A DNA stretch of 64,000 nucleotides, from positions 10,507 to 74,506 of the forward strand of contig CAMWYR010000005.1 in NCBI GenBank assembly GCA_947178505.1. The letters run 5' to 3'. The notes beneath the pieces were generated by a model. It worked only from the letters and a program-made list of their open reading frames with translations. It did no database searches and was not told the origin of the DNA. Each line of letters starts with the position of its first letter. The first letter of the stretch is position 1. The DNA comes from an uncultured Muribaculaceae bacterium. GTDB taxonomy: Bacteria > Bacteroidota > Bacteroidia > Bacteroidales > Muribaculaceae. The translations under genes were made by a program, and so were the position numbers. Shown here one piece after another: positions 26,711 through 36,126 of this stretch.

Positions 26711-29089
26711 ATGGCTAAATCCGCGAAATATATCTTTGCACTTCTAGCAGTATTCTTCCTCACCTTTCATGCGGCGGCAAAAGGACCGTCCGGTATGATT
26801 TCCGGGAAAGTATTTTCCACTGAAGGAGGACCGATAGATTACGCCAATGTCTATCTGAAAGGCACGACATACGCGGGAATCACCAACGAAGAAGGACTCT
26901 ACCACATCAACGCACCGGCCGGCAAATATACGATAATATTCTCGTACGTTGGTTTCGAGCAGCAGGAACATACCGTTACCATAAAAGCGAAGGAGCGCGT
27001 ACGGCTTAACGTGAAATTAAAGCCGGCCGCAGAGCTGGAGGAGGTTGTCGTAGTCGGTAACACATTAAGTAAGGTAAATAACTCAGCCTATAACGCCACG
27101 GCCTTAGATACAAAAGAACTTGCGAACACCGCCAAGACCCTGAGCGAGGCTCTGTCGCAGGCTCCGGGCATGAAGATCCGCGAGAGCGGAGGTGTCGGTT
27201 CCGACATGGCGGTTACGATGGATGGCTTCAGCGGAAAGCACGTGAAGATATTTATTGACGGTGTGCCCCAGGAGGGGGTCGGAACTTCTTTCGGCATCAA
27301 TAATATTCCCGTAAATTTCGCCGACCACATAGAAGTCTACCGCGGGGTCGTGCCGGTGGGCTTCGGCTCTGATGCAATCAGCGGCGTGATCAATATCGTA
27401 ACGCCAAAGCTGCAGCGCCGATGGTTTCTTGACGCCTCGTATTCCTACGGATCATTCAACACTCACAAGACCAACGTAAATTTCGGCCAGACACTTAGAA
27501 ATGGGTTCAAGTATGAGATCAATGCTTTCCAGAATTATTCAGACAACGACTACAAGGTGTTCGCTCCGGTGGAGGATTTTGCTACCGGAGGCATCAACAA
27601 GAACAAGCTTGAACACGTACGCCGTTTCAACGACACCTACCACAACGAAGCAGTGATCGCCAAAGTAGGCTTTGTCAACAAACCCTGGGCCGACCGACTG
27701 ATGGCCGGATTTACGTATTCGCACATGTATAAGGAAGTACAGACAGGCGTCCGCCAGGAGATCGTCTACGGCCGGAAACACCGTCACGGCCACTCGCTCA
27801 TCGGATCGCTCGAATATTTCAAGCGCGACCTGATCACACGCGGTCTAAATTTGGCCGTGACTGCCAACTACAACCGCAATATCACGGTGAACGTTGATAC
27901 GGCCTCGGTGAAATACAACTGGCGTGGAGAGACCGACCGGCTCAATTCACCCGGTGAACAGGCGTATCAGAACTCACGGGCCAACAATAACAACTGGACC
28001 GCTACAGCCACCGCTTATTACCGACTCGGTGAGAATCATTTCTTCACCGTCAACGATGTTTTCAACACCTTCAACCGAAACAACGATAATCTTCTCGCTG
28101 CAACGGTCAGCTCGGATGAGATCGGCAAAATCACGAGCAAGAATATCCTTGGACTCTCATACCAGTTCAAGCCGAACAACAAATTAAACTTTACGGCCTT
28201 CGGCAAATATTACTATCAGTATGTGTCGGGCCCGGTCGCAGCTACGTCGGCACAGGACACCTACGTGAAAAGTTCGAGTTCGGTCAATGCTCTCGGTTAT
28301 GGCGCGGCCGGTACGTGGATTATGCCGCTCGGCTTTCAGATGAAGGCATCGTATGAGAAAGCCTACAGGCTCCCCACAATTGAGGAGATGTTCGGCGATG
28401 AAGACTTGGAGATAGGTGACATGGCGCTGCGCCCCGAATCGAGCCAGAACGTCAACCTTAATCTCAGCTATAATGCTGCGTTCGGAAATAACATCGTCTA
28501 TGTTGAGGCGGGCCTTATCTATCGCGACACCCGCGACTACATCCAGCGCAACATACTGGCCCTCAGCGGAGGCAAATCAGCCGCTACCTACGTGAACTTC
28601 GGAAAGGTCGACACGAAAGGATTCAGCATCTCCGCGCGCTACAACTTCTCCAAATGGCTAAGCCTCGGAGGCAATTTCACGCAGATGAACGTTCGCGACA
28701 ACATGAAGACGGCCATGGGGAGCACTATGGCCAATGTGTCCTACCATGAACGTATGCCGAATCAGCCATTTATGTTTGCTGATTCCGACATCAGTTTCTA
28801 CTGGCATGGTCCGGGCGGAAAACGCAATGTGCTGACGCTGACCTATGACAATCAGTACACTCATAAATTCTGCTACTACGCCTCCAACATCGGATCGAAT
28901 AACAATGACTTTATGGTGCCCGATCAGTTTGCCCATAACATCACCCTTTCCTATTCCATCCGCAACGGTCGATATAACTTCTCTTTCGAATGCCGCAATT
29001 TAACCGACTCAAGGCTTTATGATAACTTCAGCCTTCAGAAAGCGGGACGCGGTTTTTACGGAAAGGTGAGAATATATTTCGGTAATTGA
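26711..29089 (+). CDS. TonB-dependent receptor with carboxypeptidase-regulatory-like N-domain (XusA-like)
   Basis: Signal peptide, ISGKVFSTEGGPIDYANVYLKGT Cna/CarbopepD_reg-like domain, plug, and a 22-strand-type barrel ending in an aromatic residue. I prefer the start at MAKSAKYIF (26711); the ORF is open from 26660. Confidence 0.9.
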   Translation: MAKSAKYIFALLAVFFLTFHAAAKGPSGMISGKVFSTEGGPIDYANVYLKGTTYAGITNEEGLYHINAPAGKYTIIFSYVGFEQQEHTVTIKAKERVRLNVKLKPAAELEEVVVVGNTLSKVNNSAYNATALDTKELANTAKTLSEALSQAPGMKIRESGGVGSDMAVTMDGFSGKHVKIFIDGVPQEGVGTSFGINNIPVNFADHIEVYRGVVPVGFGSDAISGVINIVTPKLQRRWFLDASYSYGSFNTHKTNVNFGQTLRNGFKYEINAFQNYSDNDYKVFAPVEDFATGGINKNKLEHVRRFNDTYHNEAVIAKVGFVNKPWADRLMAGFTYSHMYKEVQTGVRQEIVYGRKHRHGHSLIGSLEYFKRDLITRGLNLAVTANYNRNITVNVDTASVKYNWRGETDRLNSPGEQAYQNSRANNNNWTATATAYYRLGENHFFTVNDVFNTFNRNNDNLLAATVSSDEIGKITSKNILGLSYQFKPNNKLNFTAFGKYYYQYVSGPVAATSAQDTYVKSSSSVNALGYGAAGTWIMPLGFQMKASYEKAYRLPTIEEMFGDEDLEIGDMALRPESSQNVNLNLSYNAAFGNNIVYVEAGLIYRDTRDYIQRNILALSGGKSAATYVNFGKVDTKGFSISARYNFSKWLSLGGNFTQMNVRDNMKTAMGSTMANVSYHERMPNQPFMFADSDISFYWHGPGGKRNVLTLTYDNQYTHKFCYYASNIGSNNNDFMVPDQFAHNITLSYSIRNGRYNFSFECRNLTDSRLYDNFSLQKAGRGFYGKVRIYFGN

Positions 29090-29130
29090 TCCAATTAAAC
29101 CGAGAAACCAATAACTCAAACAATATAGAC

Positions 29131-30528
29131 ATGATGAAAAAAAATTTACTTTTCGGTGCATTAGCCTCACTGGTAATGCCCGTCGCACTGACCTCTTGTT
29201 CAGACTCCGACATCACTAATCCCGACAAGGATTCCCAAGAAAGCAAAGGTAAGTTTGTGTTTGCCACAACCGTACAGGGTTCAAATGCAACGTCGTACGT
29301 GCTTCTAACCGGAGATTCACTTGACGAAGGCACCTTGTCGCCCGTAAACAACGGTCTGCTTAATGATGGAGCCACACAATGGGTGTTCTACAAGAACTAT
29401 CTTTATGCCCTCACCTATAATCAGGGTAACGCCGCAACTACGCGCAGCTACCTGCTCGGAGATAACGGAGAGATGAAGGCCCGCGGCACAGAATACCGTA
29501 TCAGCCGCTTCTCATCGTATGGGGCATATAACGACGATATTCTGACCATGGCCACGGGTGAGTCGGCAGATGTCGTTGACGGCAACGGCTACCACGCGAT
29601 GATGCTCAACGTGACCTACCTTGACGTGGAGAACGAAACTGCCACTACCAACCAGGCGACTATAGTCAATCCCTACCTTATGGAGAATTTCCTCGGTAAC
29701 GGTGAATATGTGACACTTGCAGGCGCAGAGCAGAGCGGCAAGAGTCTCTACTGCGGTGCGATCCCGATGGGACTGAGTCAATATGGCGCCGCTTACGACA
29801 ACGGGAAATGGATCCGCAAAGGCTACGAGCATCTTGTGCACACTGAGGCCGGAGGTTCCGGATCCGGTTCTTATAAAGCAGGTGAACTCGTCGGCACGCA
29901 ATATCCCGATGAGTGCTGGGTGGCAATCTACGACAACGACGATTTCCTGAATCCCACGCTCGTTAAGACCGACCGTATCAGCACACCCGCCGGGCGCTAT
30001 CGTTCGCAGTACTACCAGACAATCTGGGCAGCAGAAAATGGCGATATCTATGTGTTCTCGCCCTCATACGCCAAATCAATGACCGACCCGCTGCAGCAGA
30101 CTACCCTCAACGCCGGCGTTTGTCGCATCCCTGCAGGCAGTAAGAAGTTTGATGACTATTATTGCGATATCGAATCTCAGGCCAACGGTAAATCATTCAT
30201 GCGCTGCTGGCCGGCGGGAGGCAACTACTTCCTGATGGTGATGTACGACCGTCCGCTTACGCAAAGTGGCTTCGCAGGCACCGACCTCGCGATCTTCGAT
30301 GCTGCCTCTAAGAAGCTTACATACGTGACGGGCCTTCCGTCGAATATCACGTCGATCGGCAAGACAGTGTTTACTCAGAACGGCAACGTCTATATCCCCG
30401 TGAATGTGCAGGATGGCTATCCCACCATCTACAAAATAAATCCCAGAACAGCTCAGGCAACAAAAGGCGTTGTTATCGAGGGAGCATCTGACATCACAGG
30501 CTTCGGATATCTTGAGCCTCAAAAATAA
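29131..30528 (+). CDS. DUF4374 surface lipoprotein (XusB-like)
   Basis: Lipobox ALTSCSD. Sequence and position (TBDT, then DUF4374, then PepSY) match the Bacteroides xenosiderophore locus architecture. Start at MMKKNLLF. Confidence 0.8.
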   Translation: MMKKNLLFGALASLVMPVALTSCSDSDITNPDKDSQESKGKFVFATTVQGSNATSYVLLTGDSLDEGTLSPVNNGLLNDGATQWVFYKNYLYALTYNQGNAATTRSYLLGDNGEMKARGTEYRISRFSSYGAYNDDILTMATGESADVVDGNGYHAMMLNVTYLDVENETATTNQATIVNPYLMENFLGNGEYVTLAGAEQSGKSLYCGAIPMGLSQYGAAYDNGKWIRKGYEHLVHTEAGGSGSGSYKAGELVGTQYPDECWVAIYDNDDFLNPTLVKTDRISTPAGRYRSQYYQTIWAAENGDIYVFSPSYAKSMTDPLQQTTLNAGVCRIPAGSKKFDDYYCDIESQANGKSFMRCWPAGGNYFLMVMYDRPLTQSGFAGTDLAIFDAASKKLTYVTGLPSNITSIGKTVFTQNGNVYIPVNVQDGYPTIYKINPRTAQATKGVVIEGASDITGFGYLEPQK

Positions 30529-30535
30529 AAAGAGC

Positions 30536-31705
30536 ATGAAAATATTCCGTAAAATACATCTCTGGATTTCCGTTCCGTTCGGAATTATCATCACGCTGAT
30601 CTGTTTTTCCGGCGCGATGCTGATCTTCGAACCGGAAATCACGCGCAGCGTAAAAAGCGACGTTTACTACGTAGGTTCATCCAACGGCACTCCCCTGCCA
30701 ATGAGCGAACTTATGGAAACGGTGAAAGCCACACTGCCCGATTCGGTGTCGATCACGGGAGTGACAGTCTTTTCCGACAAAGACCGGACTTACCAGGTCA
30801 ATCTGTCGAAGCCCCGCCGTGCCTCCCTTTTCATAGATCAGTACAGCGGAGAGATCACCGGCAAGTACGAACGACTCGGCTTCTTCTCGACGATGTTCAA
30901 GCTTCACCGATGGCTTCTCGACAGTGCCAATCCCCATGGCGATGGTGTCCAGGTAGGAAAACTCCTTGTAGGCATCTCCACGCTTGTTTTCGTTATAGCA
31001 CTTATCTCCGGTGTAATTATATGGTGGCCCCGTGCACGGAAAAGTTTCCGCCGCAATATGACCATCTCGTTTAAGGATGGCTGGCGCGGTCTGTGGAAAA
31101 GTCTTCACATTGCGGGCGGTATGTATGCCCTTATCTTCATGCTCGCCATGTCCTTGACAGGCCTAACCTGGTCGTTCAACTGGTACCGTGCGGCCTTCTA
31201 TGCCGTCTGCGGTGTGGAGCATACTCCCCGCAATGCATGCAATCAGACGGCCGCCGGTTCTGAAAATCGCGACGAGGGCCGTAGTGAAGGTCGAGGTGAA
31301 GGTCGTCGTGACGAAGGTCGTCGTCATCATTCGGAATTCGGACGCTGGCAGCAAGTGTATGAGACATTAAGAGCTCAGAATCACGAGGCTCCGCAGATTA
31401 CTGTGGGAGAACAAACGGCAAGCGTATCTTTAGGAACAACAGGCAACGGCCGTGCTTCCGACAAGTATGAGTTCAATAGAAGATCCGGTGAAGTCACGCC
31501 GGAAAGCAAGTATGCCGATTCGCTGCCCGCCGATAAACTCCGCGGCTGGATATATTCCGTACACACAGGCGGCTGGGGCGGAATCGTGACACGCATCCTC
31601 TGGTTCCTCTCAGCTCTTCTCGGTGCTTCTCTTCCCCTCACCGGATATTACATCTGGTTAAAGCATCTCGGCAAAAAGAAAGCCCATCACACCGCCACAA
31701 GATAA
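30536..31705 (+). CDS. PepSY-associated TM-helix protein (PiuB/XusC-like, putative siderophore-iron reductase)
   Basis: MKIFRKIHLWISVPFGIIITLICFSGAMLIFEPEI is the typical PepSY_TM start. Four TM segments. Contains an (E/D)GR low-complexity insert. Confidence 0.85.
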   Translation: MKIFRKIHLWISVPFGIIITLICFSGAMLIFEPEITRSVKSDVYYVGSSNGTPLPMSELMETVKATLPDSVSITGVTVFSDKDRTYQVNLSKPRRASLFIDQYSGEITGKYERLGFFSTMFKLHRWLLDSANPHGDGVQVGKLLVGISTLVFVIALISGVIIWWPRARKSFRRNMTISFKDGWRGLWKSLHIAGGMYALIFMLAMSLTGLTWSFNWYRAAFYAVCGVEHTPRNACNQTAAGSENRDEGRSEGRGEGRRDEGRRHHSEFGRWQQVYETLRAQNHEAPQITVGEQTASVSLGTTGNGRASDKYEFNRRSGEVTPESKYADSLPADKLRGWIYSVHTGGWGGIVTRILWFLSALLGASLPLTGYYIWLKHLGKKKAHHTATR

Positions 31706-31719
31706 TTCGGGACCGGTTA

Positions 31720-31748
31720 CTGACGTACTGCTCCCCGCAATACGTCAG
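31720..31748 (+). terminator. hairpin after the PepSY gene
   Basis: CTGACGTA..TG / CA..TACGTCAG, 15 nt after the stop at 31705. Confidence 0.6.
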
Positions 31749-31755
31749 GGCAAAT

Positions 31756-31791
31756 GAAAATGGGACGCTCCTTCTGAAGCGTCCCATTTTC
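31756..31791. terminator. bidirectional terminator
   Basis: 14-bp perfect stem GAAAATGGGACGCT/AGCGTCCCATTTTC with an 8-nt loop. A U-rich tail follows in either orientation. Confidence 0.75.
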
Positions 31792-31877
31792 ATTATATGA
31801 TGAGAAAGATTATTCTGCGATGCCGGCAATCCAACCGAACAGATCATCAAGATTATAGTCGCCGCTTTGCGGACGGT

Positions 31878-32063
31878 TCAAAGGGAGGAAGAATCGGTAA
31901 AGGCACCATCCATCGGAGGAAGATCGCCGAAGTTGGGCTTTACACAATATTTTATAATTCCGATTGTGTCAGGGATCTCGCAACCCTCCTCGAGAGCCTT
32001 GTGAGCAGATGCAATAAGGAATTTCTTAAGATAGTCCCTATAGTTATCGGCGGTAGAAACCAC
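31878..32063 (-). CDS. candidate small ORF, possibly a frameshifted remnant, of unknown function
   Basis: 61 codons from a GTG, in the same frame as msrAB and separated from it by one TAA. Protein-like composition (DYLKKFLIASAHKALEEGCEIPDTIGIIKY). A second frame continues to a TAA at 31813-31815, just before the terminator. Confidence 0.25.
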   Translation of the reverse strand: MVSTADNYRDYLKKFLIASAHKALEEGCEIPDTIGIIKYCVKPNFGDLPPMDGAFTDSSSL

Positions 32064-32081
32064 TTGCAGAATGGAATTCTC

Positions 32082-33023
32082 TTAATTTTCGAGCAAGGGG
32101 AGATATGCTCCATAACCCTCCGCTTCCATTTCTTCGACGGGAATAAACAGAAGCGACGCCGAATTAATGCAGTATCTGAGCCCTCCGTCAGACGCAGGTC
32201 CGTCAGGGAACACATGGCCTAAGTGGGCACCGCTGGAAGCGGAGCGAACTTCAGTGCGCTGACGTCCGAAAGATGTGTCTGAGTGCTCGCTGATCAGCGA
32301 AGGATCGATCGGGCGGGTAAAGGCAGGCCAACCGCAACCTGAATTGTATTTTGTGGAGGAAATAAAGAGAGGCGTACCGTCGGTAATATCCACATAAATT
32401 CCTTTTCTGAATTCATGGTCATATTCGTTGGTAAAGGGGCGTTCGGTGGCACCGTTCTGTGTCACCTCCCACTGGAGCGGAGTAAGGCGTTTGCGGAGAT
32501 CGGACTTATCATTACGGCTCACCTTCCGAGTCTTCACTTCCGCAAATAAGGAGGTGTCGATATGGCAATAACCCCCTGGATTCTTGTAGAGATAATCCTG
32601 ATGATAAAGTTCAGCCGGATAGAAATTGACCAGAGGCTCCACCTCCACGGCGAGGGGCTCTGAATAGCGGCGCTGCAGGGTAGCCATGACTGCATCGATC
32701 ACCTCCACGTCCGCAGGGTCAGTATAATAAATACCGGTGCGGTACTGAGTGCCTATATCGTTACCCTGACGATTGAGTGAAACCGGATCGATGCTGCGGA
32801 AATAGATCATCAGTAGTTCTGTAAGGCTCACGATCTCATCGTCATATTCCACTTCGACAGTTTCAGCAGCACCGGTGCGTCCGGTGCAGACCATTTTATA
32901 GGTTGGATCCGGCACCTTGCTGTTGGCGTATCCCACCGTCGTATTCTCTACGCCCTCTACGAGCGAAAACAAGTGGTCAGTGCCCCAGAAGCATCCGCCC
33001 GCCAGATATATTTTCTTTCTCAT
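32082..33023 (-). CDS. msrAB: bifunctional peptide-methionine (S)- and (R)-S-oxide reductase MsrA/MsrB
   Basis: 313 aa. MsrA GGCFWG at the N-terminus. MsrB GCGWPAF and RYCINS in the C-terminal half. Confidence 0.94.
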   Translation of the reverse strand: MRKKIYLAGGCFWGTDHLFSLVEGVENTTVGYANSKVPDPTYKMVCTGRTGAAETVEVEYDDEIVSLTELLMIYFRSIDPVSLNRQGNDIGTQYRTGIYYTDPADVEVIDAVMATLQRRYSEPLAVEVEPLVNFYPAELYHQDYLYKNPGGYCHIDTSLFAEVKTRKVSRNDKSDLRKRLTPLQWEVTQNGATERPFTNEYDHEFRKGIYVDITDGTPLFISSTKYNSGCGWPAFTRPIDPSLISEHSDTSFGRQRTEVRSASSGAHLGHVFPDGPASDGGLRYCINSASLLFIPVEEMEAEGYGAYLPLLEN

Positions 33024-33202
33024 CCTTTCAATCTTTTTAAATAAATATTGGAGTTTATGTCAGGATAAGGAAGTGCGACCGTAATGTGACGGCCCGGCAT
33101 CAAACCCTTAATCCATCCAGATAATTAAACAATCAATAACGACGAAATGAACATGCACGCAAAGAAATAAGCGAATTTAGCGGCATATATAAAAAAAAGT
33201 AT

Positions 33203-33210
33203 TAACTTTG
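33203..33210 (+). promoter_or_regulatory. -7 box TAACTTTG upstream of tsaD
   Basis: Exact TAnnTTTG, 32 nt before the ATG at 33242. Confidence 0.5.
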
Positions 33211-33241
33211 TGGGGAAAAGAGGAATGGGGAAATTATAGAA

Positions 33242-34258
33242 ATGAGAGAGATTATCTTAGGAATAGAATCAAGCTGCGATGACACGTCGGCGTCCGTCCT
33301 CATCGACGGGCTTCTGGCGAGTAATGTCATAGCCTCGCAGGAGGTGCATGAAGCTTACGGCGGAGTTGTTCCGGAGCTTGCCTCACGCGTGCATCAGCAG
33401 AACATCGTGCCCGTGGTGTCGGAAGCCCTTCGCCGCGCGGGAGTGGATAAGAGTGAATTGTCAGCCATTGCTTATACTCGTGGCCCCGGACTTCTCGGGT
33501 CGCTTCACGTCGGTACGTCTTTTGCAAAAGGAATGGCGATGGGACTCCAGATTCCCCTAATTGACGTGAATCATCTTCATGGCCACGTGCTCGCCCATTT
33601 CATAAAGGAAACCGAGACAGACGAAGTGCCCGAATTTCCATATCTGTGCCTTCTGATTTCCGGAGGTAATTCGCAGTTAGTGCTCGTGAAAAGCGCTGAG
33701 GAAATGGAAATAATCGGACAGACCATCGATGATGCTGCCGGCGAAGCCTTCGATAAATGCGCAAAGGTGATGGGACTCCCCTATCCCGGCGGTCCGCACA
33801 TCGACCGGCTCGCGCAGGAGGGCGATGCCTCCCGATTCAAATTCAGCAAACCCCATATTCCGGGGCTCGATTACTCTTTCAGCGGCCTCAAGACCAGTTT
33901 CCTCTACACCCTTCGCGATAATCTGAAAGATGATGCCGGTTTTATTGAGAAGAATAAGGCCAATCTCGCCGCTTCACTACAAAAGACAATCATAGATATT
34001 CTTCTCGACAAACTGAAGAAAGCGATCCATCAGACCGGCGTGAGGCAAGTGGCCATCGGAGGGGGCGTATCGGCCAATTCCGGCGTGCGGAAGGCCGTAG
34101 AGGATCTCTGCAGGAAAGAGGGTGTTAAGGCCTGGATCCCGGCGAGAAAATTCACTACCGACAATGCCGCGATGGTGGCAATCGCCGGAAGTTTCAAATA
34201 TAAGAATAAGGAATTCAGCGAACTCGGGCTTCCTCCGTTCGCTCGGGTGACGGTCTGA
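33242..34258 (+). CDS. tsaD: tRNA N6-adenosine threonylcarbamoyltransferase
   Basis: 338 aa. GIESSCDDTSASV, the HxxxH-type metal site (HLHGHVLAH) and the Kae1/TsaD fold pattern. Confidence 0.95.
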   Translation: MREIILGIESSCDDTSASVLIDGLLASNVIASQEVHEAYGGVVPELASRVHQQNIVPVVSEALRRAGVDKSELSAIAYTRGPGLLGSLHVGTSFAKGMAMGLQIPLIDVNHLHGHVLAHFIKETETDEVPEFPYLCLLISGGNSQLVLVKSAEEMEIIGQTIDDAAGEAFDKCAKVMGLPYPGGPHIDRLAQEGDASRFKFSKPHIPGLDYSFSGLKTSFLYTLRDNLKDDAGFIEKNKANLAASLQKTIIDILLDKLKKAIHQTGVRQVAIGGGVSANSGVRKAVEDLCRKEGVKAWIPARKFTTDNAAMVAIAGSFKYKNKEFSELGLPPFARVTV

Positions 34259-34289
34259 ACCCTCATCCCAAGAAATACCATGACGCAAT

Positions 34290-35093
34290 ATGGCAGAAAA
34301 AGATACAACTAACGTGGACGGAGCCGACAAGAAGGAACAGAAGATGTCGCAGGAGTCACGACATGTGGTGATTTATGGGTATACCAAAGACGAGTTGCGT
34401 AATATCATGCGCCACTTTGAGGCTCAGTTGCCCGAATTCGTAAAGATTTCAATCGACTCCGACAATCTTGTGACGCGCATCTCGCTCACGGGCGTGAACA
34501 GCGGCGTCGAACTTCTCCGCTTCAAGATCAACAAGTACCATCAGACACTTCAGGATATGTTTGAGGAGGAGGTGGTGACGACCGAGAATAAGACCGTAGC
34601 ACAGGTGCTCGGCGAACTGCTTCAGGAACGTGAGCTGACCATCTCCTGCGCAGAAAGCTGCACAGGAGGCAACATCGCGCACAACATCACGCGCAATCCA
34701 GGCAGTTCGGCCTACTTTTTAGGGAGTGTCGTGAGCTACAGCAACGATGTCAAGGCCAACGTGCTCGGAGTGTCACGCGCCGACCTTGGGCGCTATGGCG
34801 CCGTGAGCCGTGAAGTAGTCACGGAGATGGCCAACGGCGTCGCCCGTCTTATGCAGACCGACTGCGCCGTGGCTACGAGCGGTATTGCAGGCCCTGACGG
34901 AGGCACGAAATTCAAGCCTGTAGGCACCGTGTGGATGGCCGCGAAATATGGAAATCAGACCGTTTCCGAACTTAAATATTTCCCCGGCGACCGCGACACC
35001 GTGATTGAAAGCGCTACGAATCATGTAATGGTGATGCTCATCAAGTTACTTAAAAACAACTATACTGAACAGGAAGACATTGCCGACGACTAA
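34290..35093 (+). CDS. CinA-family protein (C-terminal PncC-type nicotinamide-nucleotide amidohydrolase domain; lacks the MoCF N-domain)
   Basis: 267 aa. LTISCAESCTGGNIAHNIT...ATSGIAGPDGG is typical of the CinA C-terminal domain. Confidence 0.85.
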   Translation: MAEKDTTNVDGADKKEQKMSQESRHVVIYGYTKDELRNIMRHFEAQLPEFVKISIDSDNLVTRISLTGVNSGVELLRFKINKYHQTLQDMFEEEVVTTENKTVAQVLGELLQERELTISCAESCTGGNIAHNITRNPGSSAYFLGSVVSYSNDVKANVLGVSRADLGRYGAVSREVVTEMANGVARLMQTDCAVATSGIAGPDGGTKFKPVGTVWMAAKYGNQTVSELKYFPGDRDTVIESATNHVMVMLIKLLKNNYTEQEDIADD

Positions 35094-36015
35094 ACCCCCA
35101 TCGCTAAAACATATTGTCAAGCGGCTACTATCCGGATACGTGCGGATAGCGGTTGGCATCCGTCTACTTCCGAAATTAATTATCCTCGCTTCCGATGGCG
35201 GTATCTGCTCTCAGATGCACTTTTACCTTATCGGAAGGATTCTTGAGGCATCAGGCAACCAGGTAGAGTATGATTTAAAATGGTTCGAGAAATGTGGAAA
35301 AGATCTCGACGGGCGATTCGAACGAAATTATGATTTGGAAAAACTCTTTCCTGCCCTGCATCCCTCGATTTGCCGGTCGTCATTATTAAGAAGGCTTTAC
35401 ATAACGGCCTTCCATCACCGGAACAATTATGAGGATACCACGCAAGAGGAATGGTCCGGGTTGAAGGCGCCGCTCTATCTTGACGGCTATTTCAGAGATA
35501 GTGTCGGGATGATGCGCGAAACGTTTCGTGAGACTTTCTGCCACTTGCAACCGGGCAAAGAAGCCGCCGAGGCGGCTGAACGCGAGATTAGCCCGGACAA
35601 GATATATTGTGCTGTTCACGTTCGCCGCGGGGATCTGGCAAGATTCAACCCTGTATATGGTGAGCCGACTCCCGTGGAATATTTTAAAGAGGCTATAGAT
35701 AAAGTTGAGCATAGTGACGAGGGGTGTGACGAATATCTGGTATTTTCAGATGAGCCGGAATGGTGCATCAGCCACATCATGGGACTCTTCCCGACCGGAC
35801 GCGCGCGACTGATGAAAGCGAATGGCTCAGACAAAGGCTACATAGACCTCTGGCTTATCTCACGCTGCCGACATATAATCACCTCGCAAGGGTCGATGGG
35901 TAAATATGGAGCATTGCTGCGTGCCGATAAAGACCACGCCGGACTCGTAGTGCTTCCCCGCGAAGAACGAAACCGGATATGGCCGGAAGTCTTCCAAAAT
36001 TGCGTCGAGATATAG
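35080..36015 (+). CDS. GT11-like alpha-1,2-fucosyltransferase family glycosyltransferase
   Basis: 311 aa. Signature HVRRGD plus the downstream YLVFSDEPEWC motif. Diverged N-terminal DGGICSQMHFY (compare GGLGNQMFQY). The TTG start is uncertain and overlaps the cinA-like stop by 14 nt. Confidence 0.7.
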   Translation: MPTTKPPSLKHIVKRLLSGYVRIAVGIRLLPKLIILASDGGICSQMHFYLIGRILEASGNQVEYDLKWFEKCGKDLDGRFERNYDLEKLFPALHPSICRSSLLRRLYITAFHHRNNYEDTTQEEWSGLKAPLYLDGYFRDSVGMMRETFRETFCHLQPGKEAAEAAEREISPDKIYCAVHVRRGDLARFNPVYGEPTPVEYFKEAIDKVEHSDEGCDEYLVFSDEPEWCISHIMGLFPTGRARLMKANGSDKGYIDLWLISRCRHIITSQGSMGKYGALLRADKDHAGLVVLPREERNRIWPEVFQNCVEI

Positions 36016-36035
36016 ATGTAGAAAAGGAAAATAAT

Positions 36036-36084
36036 GAAGTTGTCTAAACTAATTTGAATTGTGAAAATTAGTTTAGACAACTTC
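36036..36084 (+). terminator. very strong hairpin after the GT11 gene
   Basis: 20-bp perfect stem GAAGTTGTCTAAACTAATTT / AAATTAGTTTAGACAACTTC with a 9-nt loop, beginning 21 nt after the stop. Confidence 0.75.
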
Positions 36085-36126
36085 TCTTGAAAAATGCCAT
36101 AATTACTAATCTTCAAAATCTTCCTT

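Noticed and set aside
31163-31370. Three 60-63-aa ORFs on both strands (31163..31354, 31176..31367, 31188..31370)
   Set aside because: They are artefacts of the GAAGGTCGT short-repeat tract inside the PepSY-TM gene. Their peptides are low-complexity (T/V/F or R/H/D runs).
31797-32222. A 141-aa plus-strand ORF spanning the PepSY/msrAB gap and the 3' end of msrAB
   Set aside because: The translation is Arg/Lys-rich and non-protein-like. It overlaps the well-supported msrAB C-terminus. It starts only 6 nt after the end of the bidirectional terminator hairpin (31756-31791).
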